From the NCBI GenBank assembly GCA_905178155.1, contig CAJINV010000023.1:83228-127991 (forward strand): DNA of 44,764 bases, in the 5' to 3' direction. Below are positions 31,497-44,689 of the stretch, piece by piece. This DNA comes from Amoebophrya sp. A120 (Eukaryota; Protista; Dinoflagellata). Under the pieces are notes generated by a model. That model was not told the origin of the DNA. It ran no database searches and saw only the letters and a list, made by a program, of their open reading frames with translations. The position numbers were made by a program, and so were the translations under genes. Each line of letters begins with the position of its first letter. Position 1 is the first letter of the stretch.

Positions 31497-33967
31497 CCAC
31501 ATTAGGGAAGCGTTTTGCTTTTATTTTTATTGTAATTTCTTTTGCATACGCATAGCATTATCAAGATAAAGGACGAGTTTCCCTTTAAGTAGTTCTAGTT
31601 TTGATATGCAGGTGCTGTTGCAGCAGGGGTCGCCACTGGTTTGCAGCACAGCGTTTTGCCCGTTGTCGTCGAAGTTCATGATCAAGTTTTGTAATTTGTT
31701 GTATCGCGGATGCCTGCAAAGTTTATTTCCGGAACAACGTCTATGACTATAGCGTTTTGGTAATATAGTCGTTCCCGACCGAGGGACGGGTTTTTGGATC
31801 ATGGGGGCGCGTTTCATCTTGACATCAGCGGCGACGGCTGGTCGTCACCGTGCTCAAAATGGAGCGGAGACTACCACGACACACGGGGAAAAGCCGGCAG
31901 GAAGCGACGGGAGCAGCGTGCTGGACGAGACCCCTTCTTCGCCTCCTAGCCCGAAGCCCACGTTGGGCTGGCTTGGAGGCTCGTGGGTTCCCTCGTTCAT
32001 GAAGAAGTCCGCCTTATCGCAGAAAATTGCGCAGCCTAAGCATAACCCAGTAAGCCTTATACATGCAGCGTACGTACCACACGAATCTTGGCTTTGCTAG
32101 CAGAGCGACTCTTTTCCCGCTCGGCAGACCGAACAGTCTGGTCTGCCGCCCTTTTCCATTTGGGTCCAAAATCGGGTCTGCGGCGATTCCTTTTGTGAAA
32201 GTGACAGTCTGGCTGGCAGCGAAAAAAGAAACCGTAGAGACGAGGGCCGCGCGGCGGATAAGCAAAATCGCGAGGCGAAAAAACATCAGGCCGCATCTCC
32301 TTTGCCGGGCGAGGTTCGGTAGCGCGTCGACGAGTTGTGGTAGTTGTGCCGGCATACGTTTTTGTCGGCGCGCGACCGCTCACGACTCGCCCCTTCGACG
32401 ACCCTTCGCCGCAGTGAAAAAAGCAACATGGACACCCACAAAAAAAAGTTTCTTTATTTTGGGCGTAAAATTACGGGCACGCACCCAGGAGAGCCTGACA
32501 GCAGGTTAGGTCGCTGTCATCGTGGACGTTTTTCGCGAAACGGGGAATGCCCTTAGCCTTACATGGTTGGGATTTCTTGGGTCGGGTATGTTCATACAAT
32601 TATGCGTCTCTTCATCGCGTGGCCTGTCAGTGTGACCTACCTCGGCGACCTGCGTGGCTCGTGGGGGCCTCAGATCCTCTTCGCTCGCTCTCTGCAATCC
32701 TGCGGCGCCGCAGGGCCTGTCCGCTTTATAGCTTTTGCCGGAGTTCTTTCTTTAGTAGTGCGTGTGCGACCGGCCAAAATAGAAATTTCGTCCCTACCTG
32801 GTTTTATTTGCATGGCGCCGGCAGTTCTGGTCTGTATATATGCCTTGAGGCTGATGCTGGCGCCGTCGTGGGCCGTGTTCTCCAGCCCGTTAGAGGCCTG
32901 GAAAACGGCAAACCGACGCCAGGGGCAAGGCTGTCGGAGGAAGCTCGGGGTCGCTTTTTGCTATTCGGCGCTCGTAAACCATGGGCCCGCGACACCGCGA
33001 AGGGGAGCGCGTCGCGCATAGGTGAAGGCATCCGCCGGGGGGGGGGGTGGTCTTTTGCGCGCTTGTTGTTTCATAGGATCCACATTGTGCAGCTTCTGCC
33101 CCCGCTTCGGTTTAATCCAGTGGCCGTTTCTTTTAGAGGCCAAGCTCACGGTCACGCTTTTGCCCAGAATCCGGCAGGTCCGGGCGTGCTCGCGCGCGCA
33201 AGCCTCTTGTTTTCAGGCTCGCGGAGGAAAGATTGAGTTTTTGGTTGTTGTGGAGCGAGTGCCGGCCGATAGTAGTACTACCCACGGAACGGACAAGAGC
33301 GCGCCGCGCCCTTAAGCGGCCCCGCTCGGACTGAGCTCCGTTTAGTATGTTGGGGCTGGGCGTATTTCCTTCTATAGTATTCAGTGCCACCGAGCCCATC
33401 GACGACAGCCACAGCTAGCGTGGGCGCGGAGACCACGACGTCGAGTTATCATGTGTCGGCCACGGGCACGCTGTCGTATCTCATAATTGTGCCTCAGCCT
33501 CTTGACGCCGCGAGCAGCTCATCCAGCTCTTCCTACATCACTCCACGATCTGTTGGAAGTGGTCCAAGCACCGACGACGACACTTCATCATCTGGAAAAA
33601 GCAGCAGTCCTTTTTCTCGTGGCGCAGAGACCGCAGAGTCTTTGAAACCCAGGGACCGCGATCTGTACATGATATGCTTTGCTGCAAATGTGTCCGGGTG
33701 TTGATGACTGTAAGAGAGTGCTTCGATGGCTTGCCCGTGGTCAGTGATGTGCTTCAAACTGCATGTTTATCAAAAAGCCCTGCGTGCTTGCCCTCCGTAA
33801 GTGTGGCTCTTCTTTTCCGTGCCTCGCACATAATAGGGAACGACCTTGAAGAGCCGTGGCACAGCCAAGCGTGACAAGTTATTGCATAACTTGTGATGCT
33901 TGGCGGTGTGCTTCCATATATAGTCATCTTGATAAATGTAGATGTAGTATGTAACCGTATATAAAAT

Positions 33968-34841
33968 TAGGGCGGAAAAATCGGCAAATGTCATCATTCT
34001 TGCCAGCGCACTTGTTTGGGGGGTGAAAAAAGGTTTTTTATTGGGGGCGCAACATCTTGGAAGCCGGCACGCCTCGCGTGTCACTTCATCTTTTCCACAG
34101 GAAACATGATAGGTGAGCTTTGGAGATGCCGCAACACCAGGACCAGAAGCAGGCCACAGCGCCTTCGTTCTGTGCGTTGTCGCTCAGATGGCCGGACGCT
34201 GTGTCGTGGGCCCGCTCTTCGAACAGTGGCCGGGCCGCCTCCCTGACCGGGGCTCGACGAGGCCCTTCGCCCGGAGAAGGAGGCCCGGCCAGGGGGGGTG
34301 TTCAGGGGGGCGCATTTTTGCCCCTCCCGGACACCCCTTCCGGGCACCCCCTTCAGGCAGCTTTGGGGTAGCCTATGCCGACCCCCTAAATAATCCCCAT
34401 TGGAAACTGCCGATTTTGCGTGCCCAAAAAAGGTAGCCCAGAGGCAGCCCAAGCCGACCCCCTTACCCCCCCCCTTCGGCGCCCCCCCGGAAGCANCCCC
34501 CCCGGAAGCACTCGACTGCTGGCGCGTCCGCCTTCTCGATATCCGGTCGGAGAGGGAGGATGAGAAGATATGTGGGCGCGTCCGGAGTTGAATGTGGGAC
34601 ATGGGGCGCGGCATCCCGCGCCAGAGGGCCGCAGGCGGGTGGAGCTTCAACAAAGTGCGGTGGTTTTTATTGGAAAAAGGGGAGGGCCGCATGGCGGACC
34701 GTAACACCGAACTGCGGCGCCAACATCTAAATGGCCTACAGGAAAAAAAGCAGTAGCTACACCCCCAACAGCCAGAATTTTTTTACCCCCCAAAAAAGTG
34801 CGCTTGCGACAGTGATGATATTTGCCGACTTTTCCGCCCTA
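33968..34841. mobile_element. Non-autonomous DNA transposon/MITE with TAGGG...CCCTA ends
   Basis: TAGGGCGGAAAAATCGGCAAAT..AGCGCACTT.. is inverted at ..AAGTGCGCT..ATTTGCCGACTTTTCCGCCCTA (about 80 bp, imperfect); 7-bp direct repeat ataaaat on both sides. Confidence 0.8.
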
Positions 34842-37800
34842 ATAAAATAACTATAAATCTTTTTTCTTCTGATTTTTCGGCCTTATAGACTATAGGGCGG
34901 GCCTTCCTTAGAAAATGATTAGTAGGGCGCGCCGCTTCTAGAAGTTTTTTCTAGAAGGGCCACCTAGAAAGCTTCTTAGGAAGAGCACCTAGGAGCTCTT
35001 CCGAAGGAGGCGCGCTGGCTGAAGAAAACGATTTGTATTGTGGGGGCCAAAAATCCTGCATGTGTGTCCTCTTCACGGGAAAAAAATAACACAACAGCAG
35101 AGCTTACTTTTGTCCCCGATTTCGCGCCCTTATAGATTAGAGAGCGCTCCATGTGAGGGGCTGAGAGAGTAGCTGCGGGTGGTTCTTTCGAGAATTCAAG
35201 CAGCCCAAAAGAAGGGGATCAGGCGAAGGCCCGCAGGCGCAGACCGGACCGAACCCAGGCACGCACCCACGCAGACGCAGAGACGGGGCCCCCGGGCGTT
35301 TGGTTTGTCTGCTTCCCGGATTTCGCCCGCGACAGTAGCCTCGGAAGCGCCCAGGCTGGTCATGAGCACCCCAAAGCGCGCGCGCGCGTATTGCATTGGA
35401 CCGAACCCGGGCGGCGGGCGCGCTCTCCGACTTCTGGTCTGCCTCTTTTCGAATTTGAGCACCTTGCCTTCAGCAGCTTGCTCGGCTCCTCTTACCCTTG
35501 GCGCCGTCGGGCTTTGGCAAGCGCCAAGGCCCCCACCTCTTGGAGGGGGGGGGCGCCGCTTTCGATGGCTAGGGCCTTTTCGCAATTTTTCACCGAACCC
35601 CCGAAGCCCGGCGGCCCTGAATATTCCGGGCTCGAAAGGTTTTAGCGGCCGCCCCGCTTTTGTCGTGGGTGATGGCGATCGTTGTTGTCGGCCCTGTGAC
35701 TTAGGTCGGGGGACGGGTTGCAAACTGGGTGCGTTTTTGATTACCTCGAGGGGCTGCACAGTAAACGCAAACCCTGGCAAGGTGCCCGGCCTTGGGATTG
35801 GCAGAACATTTTTGGCGGGGATTGTTTTTGCGCGTCGCCTCTCGCCCCCGAAAGAAAAAACACGAACAAACACCAGAAAGCTTCGCAGCAGAATCTTTCC
35901 AAAAACTCAGAACCCCGGACGGGCTACTTCGGCTTTTTTTCCGAAACGCTGGAAAACCCTGCGGGGGCTGTCAATAAGCTAATGAAAAGCTCCGGCCAGG
36001 TTTTTTGCGGTTTTTGTAATTTTGCGCATCGTTCTTCCGCTGCATTTGTTGGCCTGGTCCCGAATAGTCAACGCGATGCCATCAGGATTCGCGTCCCATT
36101 ATATTGCATCCATAGCGCAGCAGGTTTCTGGGAGTCTGTGCAGTCTAGTCACGGGCCCCCTGTCTGTTTCTATTGCATTGACATGCGAGCGCACAGCACG
36201 GCGGAAGCAAATACGAGGGCCCGGGGATGAGGGGGCGCGAGCGAGGTTTTCGTGGTTCTGACCCTGTGCCGCTGCAGCGTCAGCGGAGGCTGGCTGCCGT
36301 AGCGATAGTGGACAGCTGTGACGCCGGTTCGGATTTCTGTGACAGACAAGGTCCGAAAAACATTCGGGCCATGACACTAATCCAGGCCCCCCACCCCAGC
36401 GCCTGGCCCCTTTTATGAAATGGGTGCGGCGCAGTTATTTCCTGCGCCCGCCCTTAAACAAAAAACACAAAGAGAAAGCAGAGCAGCCGGCCGCCGGTGC
36501 GCTTCGCCCTGTGTCTTTCATTCAGTGACCGCGGTAGGCTTTGGCGTTGTTGGGGCAAGCTGCTGAAATCCGGAAAACAGGCGAAGGAGAAACGTGGCGG
36601 CCCTCTCTTACTTTGCCCGGGCCCTGTCCGGTAAAATACGAGCGCGCGCGGTGGGGCACCATGGCAGGGCTGGGCCTTGCTAGGGTTGCTCAGTGAGGAT
36701 GCCGAAGCTACCGGGGTGGCCCCCCCCTGGGGAGGTCCCTGGGGGGGGCGCCGCCTCGGCGTTGTGCGATGGGTCGCGGGGGCTTTTCGCGCCATCGCAA
36801 TGCAAAACCACCCCGGGCCCCTGCGCTCTGGAAAGTTTGGGCAGCAGCCGGGGCGGGGGGATGTTTTGTGTATATTTCTGCGGTGTGGGCGTAGCGGCTT
36901 TTTTGGAAATATCGGAAAACGAAACATGCACCCGGGGGGAACATGTGTGGACCCCCCCGCCCTTGTTTGGCCCTTCCTGGGAGCGAATTCGGGCGAAAGC
37001 TAGCCGCGCCGCTCGGCCTCACCCGCAAACACACTGACGCGCGCCGATCGCCCCTCGCTTTGTTTGGGCGGCGTCGCGGGCGGTGCGTAGCCGGATGCGC
37101 GTGGGTTTTGGATGGTGCCTCCTTGGCTTTGCGTGCGGGCGTCGTCGCCTTTGTCTTTTCGGGCTCGTTCATGTAACTGCCACCAACCCCAAGGAAGTGA
37201 GCGGGGTGACTGCGGTCCATCTTCGATAAGAAAGCGCCAGGCGCGGGCGAAGGGCTGGCGCCCTGATAGTAATAGCGGGGCCCCGGCAAGCGCCCGGGGC
37301 GCGCCCTCACGCCCCGGGCGTGTCTACGCCTACGAAGGCGGGCGCGGTCGCCTTTCTTGCGTGTTGCTACTGTGTGCGCGGGCCCCCACCGTGGACGAAA
37401 TCCAAACGGGGGGCGCCTGGAAGCTTTGAAGCCCCCTGGCGCCGGCGTTATGCATGTGGTAGGAGGGCCTGGGTTGCGCCGCACGACGCAAAATCCCAAT
37501 AGAGGACGGAAGGGCCGCGCCTGTTTTTTCCGAGGCTGGCAACTCCCCAGTCTTGGCCGTTCGACATCAAAGCGGGTGTTTTTTAGTCAAGTTCTGGTGG
37601 CAAATTGTTGAAACACAGCTTGCCTGCCACTTACTCTCAGGAACTCAGTTAGCACGTATGACAGTCACTCGCTCGCCTAAAGAAGCGAGCACACAATTGG
37701 TTTTTTTCTGCTGCCTGCCCTGTCGCGGTTGGCTGTGTGGGCCGGAAAGTGGCGTGGGGAAACGAAAAGACCACGCGGGCCCTCGGGAAAGTATTCAGCC

Positions 37801-38589
37801 GTGCCAATGGGGGAGAAGTGCGCGAAAGCGCGACGAGGTGGCCCCGCCCTTTGGGGCGGCCAACAGCCGTGGGCCGCAGGGTAGCCGGGCCGCGCTGGCT
37901 CGCTGCTGGCTGCCCCCCCGCAAGCGCCGGCCCAGGCGGCCCGGGGCTCCTGCGGTATTACGCTGGCGCAGCCTTCGTTGCCGCCCTGGGCTGGGCTGGC
38001 TCGCCCTTTTGGACGGCCGAAGGCCGGCGGCCGCCCGCAAGTTCGCTGCCGTGCCGCTCGTCCGTGGCTGGTACGCACGGACCCCGCCGCCCGCCTTTCT
38101 TCCATAGACAAAAAACACCAAAGAAAAGCGCAAGCGCTCGCGGAGGGCGGGCACTCCTATGCCGGTGGGGCCTGGTTCCGGTTCGGCCGGGTCTCGCAAA
38201 CGCCCGCGGGGGGGCGGTCAACCTGCTACGGCGGGCGCGCCTTTTGATTGCTGGGCCGGCCCGCCGCTGAAAAATCCAAAGAGCCGGCGGGCCTTGATTT
38301 CGCCACCATTCTGCGCGAGGGAGGAGCCGCCTTTGCTCTGTTATGCGGGTGCGCTCTGGTTCTCGTTCTCGATCTTGCGGCGCGCAGTCTTCTTTGCGAC
38401 GGCTCGAAAGCTAAACCGCCGCCCCTCGTGTCCACCCAGACAGACTCCTACGGCCGTCCACCAAGGGGCCAAGTCTTGTGTATGCGTCCATTTCTTCACT
38501 TTCCCGTCCTCTTATTTCTCTTTCCCCTCCTCTTATTTCTCGCAACAAGAGAGATCAATAATTCTTTTATGTTTACAAAATCGCCAGCA

Positions 38590-39330
38590 GGTGTTTTTGG
38601 TTGTTTATTTGCGTGAGCAAGTAGATGTAGACGCCGTGGCTCTGGCTAGACATTGCCACTCCGGAAGTATTTGCGCTTGAGACTGGCTAAAGCTGTACGA
38701 CAGAGCCGGGGGGAAAATGCAGGCGGGCGTCAGCCGCGTGCTCAAGATGCCCGGCAAGGATGCGTCAACGGGCGGTGCCGATGTGAGCAAAGCCGAGCGC
38801 TTCTTTTGCAAACACGCAATACAATTTAACAGCGATGAGGCAAAAAAGTATCACCAAAAACGGTTTGAGTCGGAGTTTGTCCTCTACAAGAAGTATGTGA
38901 GCAAGGTTTTGTGGAAACGGAAAGAAACCGGAGCCAAGGCGTTATCTGTGAATGAAGGTAAACTGGCTGCGCCTGCGGTTCGTTGCTCCAAGTACGGCTC
39001 CGATCCGCTTGGTAGTGTCGGATCGACACCGAATACAATCCCGCTTCCGAGGTTTGGTGCGGATTCTGATACGTGGCCCTGTGATTTGTTTGCGGTCGCG
39101 GAGGTGCATGCCAGGCGGACGAGGCAGCAGATTCCCATTAAAATGAATCGGGGCGACATTGAAGTTGAACGCGTTTCCTTTTTTTCTGATGCCGGGGGCG
39201 GTGAAAGTCCACCAGCAGTCGCGGCCGACGAAAGAACGCCGATCACGCCAAGGGCTAGCAGCACAGGAGGAGCCCGGTTGAGTTTCGAAAACGAAGGCGG
39301 CAATAAAGAGCAACTGTTTGCGATCTGCCA
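38590..39330 (+). pseudogene. Possible coding relic with an in-frame TGA
   Basis: Complex, protein-like frame interrupted by TGA at 38678-38680 and ending at a degenerate family-G-like TIR near 39332; no family recognised. Confidence 0.3.
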
Positions 39331-39819
39331 GTACTCATTGCAAATGTGTCTGGGTAGGGAAAACTCGCGCCTTTTATGGTTGTCCTGCACCCCAGTCGAG
39401 CCTGCGTTCTTTCATGAAAAAACGCAATTCTATATATTTTACGAGCCTGGAAGCGGGGCCATCGGGGCCCCGCTCCTATGGGCTCGCTGCTGCCGGACCG
39501 ACCCGCCCCCGTGGTCGGCCCCGCTTTCAAAATCGAGAAAGCCAACGACAACGCGCGGGCCCGCGTTAGAAGTGCAGCCCGTCCGCTGCGCTGTCTGGGA
39601 AATACGAAAAAGCCGCGGCCCCGGGCCCGTCGGGGCCGCTCCGCCTCCGTTTTTTATTTTCGCAGGCGTTGGCTGTGAAATGCGCAAAATTGTTGCGCTT
39701 CCCGCAGGCCGCTCCGCCTTTGCAGGCAGGCTCTGGCAGGCTTGGCGATGGCAGGCAATCAAGCTCGCGCCGTTGGCCACATAATTGACGCCCCGCCCCC
39801 CCTGTGCTTCATGCACAGC

Positions 39820-40520
39820 CTTGCTTTGCTTTGCGCAGCCTCGCTCTGCGCAGCCTTCGCCTTGCTTTTCTCGCTTTGTTTTTCCCGCTTTGCTTTTTTC
39901 GCTTCGCTTTGTTTGTTTTTTCCGCTTTGCTTTTTTCGCTTCGCTTTTATTTTTTGCTTTGTTTTTTTCGCTTTGCTTTTTCCGCTTTACCTTTTTCGCT
40001 TTCCCTTTTTCGCTTTGCCTTTTTCGCTTTGCCTTTTCCGCTTTTCGCTTTGCTTTTTCGCTTTGCTTTTTCGCTTTGCTTTTTCGCTTTGCTTTTTCGC
40101 TTTGCTTTTTCGCTTTGCTTTTTCGCTTTGCTTTTGCGCTTTGCTTTTGCGCTTTGCTTTTGCGCTTTGCTTTTTCGCTTTGCTTTTTTCGCTTTGCTTT
40201 TTTCGCTTTGCTTTTTTCGCTTAGTTTTTCGCTTTGCTTTTTCGCTCTGCTTGCTCCCTTTGCTTGTTCGCTTTGCTTGCCTGCTTTGCTTGCTCGCTTT
40301 GCTTGTTTGTTTTGCTTGTTCGCTCTGCTTGTTCGCTTTGCTTGTTTGCTTTGCTTGTTTGCTTTGCTTGTTCGCTTTGCTTTTTCGCTTCGCTTGCTCG
40401 CTTTGCTTGTTCGCTTTTCTTTTTCGCTTTGCCTTTCCGCTTTGCTTTTTCGCGCCTTTTTGGATTCTTTTGTTTGCGCTTTTATTTTGCTTTGCTTGGC
40501 GGCGTTTTGCTTTCGCAGCC
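39820..40520. repeat. Degenerate 13-14 bp satellite (TTTGCTTTTTCGC)n
   Basis: Direct reading. Confidence 0.95.
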
Positions 40521-41633
40521 GTCGCGCAGTCGCGTTTTCTTTTCATTAACCACGTGCGGCGGTTTTTGAAGTAAATCGCTAGGAGCAGGAGAACGCGTAG
40601 CGTACGAAAGAGAGTCAGGTCGGGACTCAGGTCCGAAAGCCGCGCCGCCTTCCGACCGGGTTGCGAGTTTGGCGGGCCCGCAATGACACTCACCAAAGCC
40701 CGCTCGCAGCAGCCAAGCCCTTAACGAAATCCCTCGCCAGCCCTGAGAAAGCCCCCAAAGAAGCCCCCGAAGGCGTAGGCCCTTAAGACGTGGGGCCGTA
40801 AAACGCACCCGCTTAGATCGCCGCCGACCGCTTTCGTTTTTCTTTGCGCTAGTAAGTTGGCCTGTTCGCTTTTTGCTTTTTAGCGCTCCCCTTTTTGGCG
40901 CTTTGCTTTGTCGCGATTTGCTTTGTGGATGGCGCTTCGCTTTTTGGCGCTTTGCTTTTTCGTTCCACTTTGCTTCTTTCCCGTGCCGGCTCTCAGCTTT
41001 AAACGCGTAGGCCTTAAGGGCTAGGCCCTTAAGAAAGCTCCTAAGGAAGCTCCTTAGCTTAGGAGGCCGCTTAAGGCATAAACCTACCCTGCAGGCGCGG
41101 GGCCATAAAACGGAGCCGCTCAGAGCCTCGCTGTCGCTTTGCCAAAGCGCTTTGCCTTTTGGCGCTTCCTTTGCTCTTTCGCTTTTGGCTTTTTGGTGCT
41201 AACTTTGCTTTTTGCCGCTTGCCTTCTTGATGCTTTGCTGGCTTTGTCGCGATTTGCTTTTTGGCGCTTTTCTTTTTGGCGTTTTGCTTTTTCGCGCCGC
41301 TTTGTCTTCGGTGTTTTGCCTTTTCGCCCTGCGCTTTGTTTTGTTTTGCTTTTCTTTGTTTTGCTTCTCGTTTTGCTTTTCGTTTTGCTTTTCCTTTCGC
41401 TGTGCCGCCTCTCAGATTTTAACGGCTAGACCTCAAAGGCTAGATCCTTAAGAAGGCTCCTGGGGAAGCTCTTGAGGAAGTCCCTGAAGGCGTAGGCCCT
41501 GAAGACGTGGGGCCCTAAGGCCGGCGTAGCCGCTCAAACCCTTTCGCTTTGGTTTCTGCGCTTTGCTTTTTCCGCTTTGGTTTTTGGTGCTTTGCTTTTT
41601 GGCGCTTTGCTGTTGGCGCTCTGCTTTTTCGCG

Positions 41634-44225
41634 CTTTGCTTTTGGCGCTTTGCTTTTAGCGCTTTGCTTTTGGCGCTTTGCTTTTGGCGCTTTGCTTTTG
41701 GCGCTTTGCTTTTGGCGCTTTGCTTTTGGCGCTTTGCTTTTGGCGCTTTGCTTTTGGCGCTTTGCTTTTGGCGCTTTGCTTTTGGCGCTTTGCTTTTGGC
41801 GCTTTGCTTTTGGCGCTTTGCTTTTGGCGCTTTGCTTTTGGCGCTTTGCTTTTGGCGCTTTGCTTTTGGCGCTTTGCTTTTGGCGCTTTGCTTTTGGCGC
41901 TTTGCTTTTGGCGCTTTGCTTTTGGCGCTTTGCTTTTGGCGCTTTGCTTTTGGCGCTTTGCTTTTGGCGCTTTGCTTTTGGCGCTTTGCTTTTGGCGCTT
42001 TGCTTTTGGCGCTTTGCTTTTGGCGCTTTGCTTTTGGCGCTTTGCTTTTGGCGCTTTGCTTTTGGCGCTTTGCTTTTGGCGCTTTGCTTTTGGCGCTTTG
42101 CTTTTGGCGCTTTGCTTTTGGCGCTTTGCTTTTGGCGCTTTGCTTTTGGCGCTTTGCTTTTGGCGCTTTGCTTTTGGCGCTTTGCTTTTGGCGCTTTGCT
42201 TTTGGCGCTTTGCTTTTGGCGCTTTGCTTTTGGCGCTTTGCTTTTGGCGCTTTGCTTTTGGCGCTTTGCTTTTGGCGCTTTGCTTTTGGCGCTTTGCTTT
42301 TGGCGCTTTGCTTTTGGCGCTTTGCTTTTGGCGCTTTGCTTTTGGCGCTTTGCTTTTGGCGCTTTGCTTTTGGCGCTTTGCTTTTGGCGCTTTGCTTTTG
42401 GCGCTTTGCTTTTGGCGCTTTGCTTTTGGCGCTTTGCTTTTGGCGCTTTGCTTTTGGCGCTTTGCTTTTGGCGCTTTGCTTTTGGCGCTTTGCTTTTGGC
42501 GCTTTGCTTTTGGCGCTTTGCTTTTGGCGCTTTGCTTTTGGCGCTTTGCTTTTGGCGCTTTGCTTTTGGCGCTTTGCTTTTGGCGCTTTGCTTTTGGCGC
42601 TTTGCTTTTGGCGCTTTGCTTTTGGCGCTTTGCTTTTGGCGCTTTGCTTTTGGCGCTTTGCTTTTGGCGCTTTGCTTTTGGCGCTTTGCTTTTGGCGCTT
42701 TGCTTTTGGCGCTTTGCTTTTGGCGCTTTGCTTTTGGCGCTTTGCTTTTGGCGCTTTGCTTTTGGCGCTTTGCTTTTGGCGCTTTGCTTTTGGCGCTTTG
42801 CTTTTGGCGCTTTGCTTTTGGCGCTTTGCTTTTGGCGCTTTGCTTTTGGCGCTTTGCTTTTGGCGCTTTGCTTTTGGCGCTTTGCTTTTGGCGCTTTGCT
42901 TTTGGCGCTTTGCTTTTGGCGCTTTGCTTTTGGCGCTTTGCTTTTGGCGCTTTGCTTTTGGCGCTTTGCTTTTGGCGCTTTGCTTTTGGCGCTTTGCTTT
43001 TGGCGCTTTGCTTTTGGCGCTTTGCTTTTGGCGCTTTGCTTTTGGCGCTTTGCTTTTGGCGCTTTGCTTTTGGCGCTTTGCTTTTGGCGCTTTGCTTTTG
43101 GCGCTTTGCTTTTGGCGCTTTGCTTTTGGCGCTTTGCTTTTGGCGCTTTGCTTTTGGCGCTTTGCTTTTGGCGCTTTGCTTTTGGCGCTTTGCTTTTGGC
43201 GCTTTGCTTTTGGCGCTTTGCTTTTGGCGCTTTGCTTTTGGCGCTTTGCTTTTGGCGCTTTGCTTTTGGCGCTTTGCTTTTGGCGCTTTGCTTTTGGCGC
43301 TTTGCTTTTGGCGCTTTGCTTTTGGCGCTTTGCTTTTGGCGCTTTGCTTTTGGCGCTTTGCTTTTGGCGCTTTGCTTTTGGCGCTTTGCTTTTGGCGCTT
43401 TGCTTTTGGCGCTTTGCTTTTGGCGCTTTGCTTTTGGCGCTTTGCTTTTGGCGCTTTGCTTTTGGCGCTTTGCTTTTGGCGCTTTGCTTTTGGCGCTTTG
43501 CTTTTGGCGCTTTGCTTTTGGCGCTTTGCTTTTGGCGCTTTGCTTTTGGCGCTTTGCTTTTGGCGCTTTGCTTTTGGCGCTTTGCTTTTGGCGCTTTGCT
43601 TTTGGCGCTTTGCTTTTGGCGCTTTGCTTTTGGCGCTTTGCTTTTGGCGCTTTGCTTTTGGCGCTTTGCTTTTGGCGCTTTGCTTTTGGCGCTTTGCTTT
43701 TGGCGCTTTGCTTTTGGCGCTTTGCTTTTGGCGCTTTGCTTTTGGCGCTTTGCTTTTGGCGCTTTGCTTTTGGCGCTTTGCTTTTGGCGCTTTGCTTTTG
43801 GCGCTTTGCTTTTGGCGCTTTGCTTTTGGCGCTTTGCTTTTGGCGCTTTGCTTTTGGCGCTTTGCTTTTGGCGCTTTGCTTTTGGCGCTTTGCTTTTGGC
43901 GCTTTGCTTTTGGCGCTTTGCTTTTGGCGCTTTGCTTTTGGCGCTTTGCTTTTGGCGCTTTGCTTTTGGCGCTTTGCTTTTGGCGCTTTGCTTTTGGCGC
44001 TTTGCTTTTGGCGCTTTGCTTTTGGCGCTTTGCTTTTGGCGCTTTGCTTTTGGCGCTTTGCTTTTGGCGCTTTGCTTTTGGCGCTTTGCTTTTGGCGCTT
44101 TGCTTTTGGCGCTTTGCTTTTGGCGCTTTGCTTTTGGCGCTTTGCTTTTTGCCGCTTTGCTGTTGGCGCTCTTCTTTTTCGCGCTTTGCTTTTGGCGCTT
44201 TGCTTTTAGCGCTTTGCTTTTGGCG
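41634..44225. repeat. Homogeneous 14-bp satellite (GCTTTGCTTTTGGC)n, about 180 copies
   Basis: Essentially perfect array of about 2.5 kb with degenerate edges. Confidence 0.99.
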
Positions 44226-44689
44226 CGTTGCTTTTGAGTGGCGCTTTGCTCTTGGCGCTTTGCTTCTGGCGCTTTGGTTTTTTTCGGGTTGCGACTTTGG
44301 CGAACTCGCAACCACACCAAAGCCCGCTCACAGCAACCAAGCCCGTAACGAAATCCCTCCCCCGCCCTGAGAAAGCTCCTAAAGAAGCCGCCGAAGGCGT
44401 AGGCCTTTAAGACGTGGGGCCTTGCGCCCGCTTTGGTTTTTGCGATATGTGCGCTCTTTGCTTTGTTTTGCCTTGCTTTTTCGCTTGCGCTGTGCCTGCT
44501 CTTTCCTTTAAGCCAGCGCCTGGGCCTTACGGGCTACGCCCTTAAGGCAGCTCCTTAGAAAGCTCCTTAGGAAGCCCCTTAGGAAGGCCCTTAGGGAGCC
44601 CCTTAAGGCGCTTTGGTTTTTTGGCGCTGCTTTTGCCTTTTCGCCTTGCGCTTTGCTTTCTTTTGCTTTGGTTTGCTTTAGTTTGCTTT

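Noticed and set aside
32015-33960. Possible further introners starting at 32015 and 33673 (also 5191, about 20063 and 29655)
   Set aside because: One TIR-like end or internal motifs are present, but I could not find a partner TIR with a matching TSD.
34860-38500. Numerous GC-rich ORFs of 100-270 aa
   Set aside because: Overlapping on both strands, homopolymer-rich, no recognisable domains; consistent with degenerate repeat DNA.
39742-40696. Phe/Leu-rich membrane-like and Lys-rich histone-H1-like ORFs
   Set aside because: Translations of the degenerate TTTGCTTTTTCGC satellite.
41448-44370. 843-955 aa ORFs on both strands (KAPKAKRQKQSAKS / FGALLLALCFWRFA repeats)
   Set aside because: They translate a stop-free 14-bp satellite open in nearly all frames; no evidence of coding.
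44520-44610. Telomeric repeat (TTAGG/TTAGGG-like words)
   Set aside because: Only scattered words in a spacer, not a tandem telomere array.
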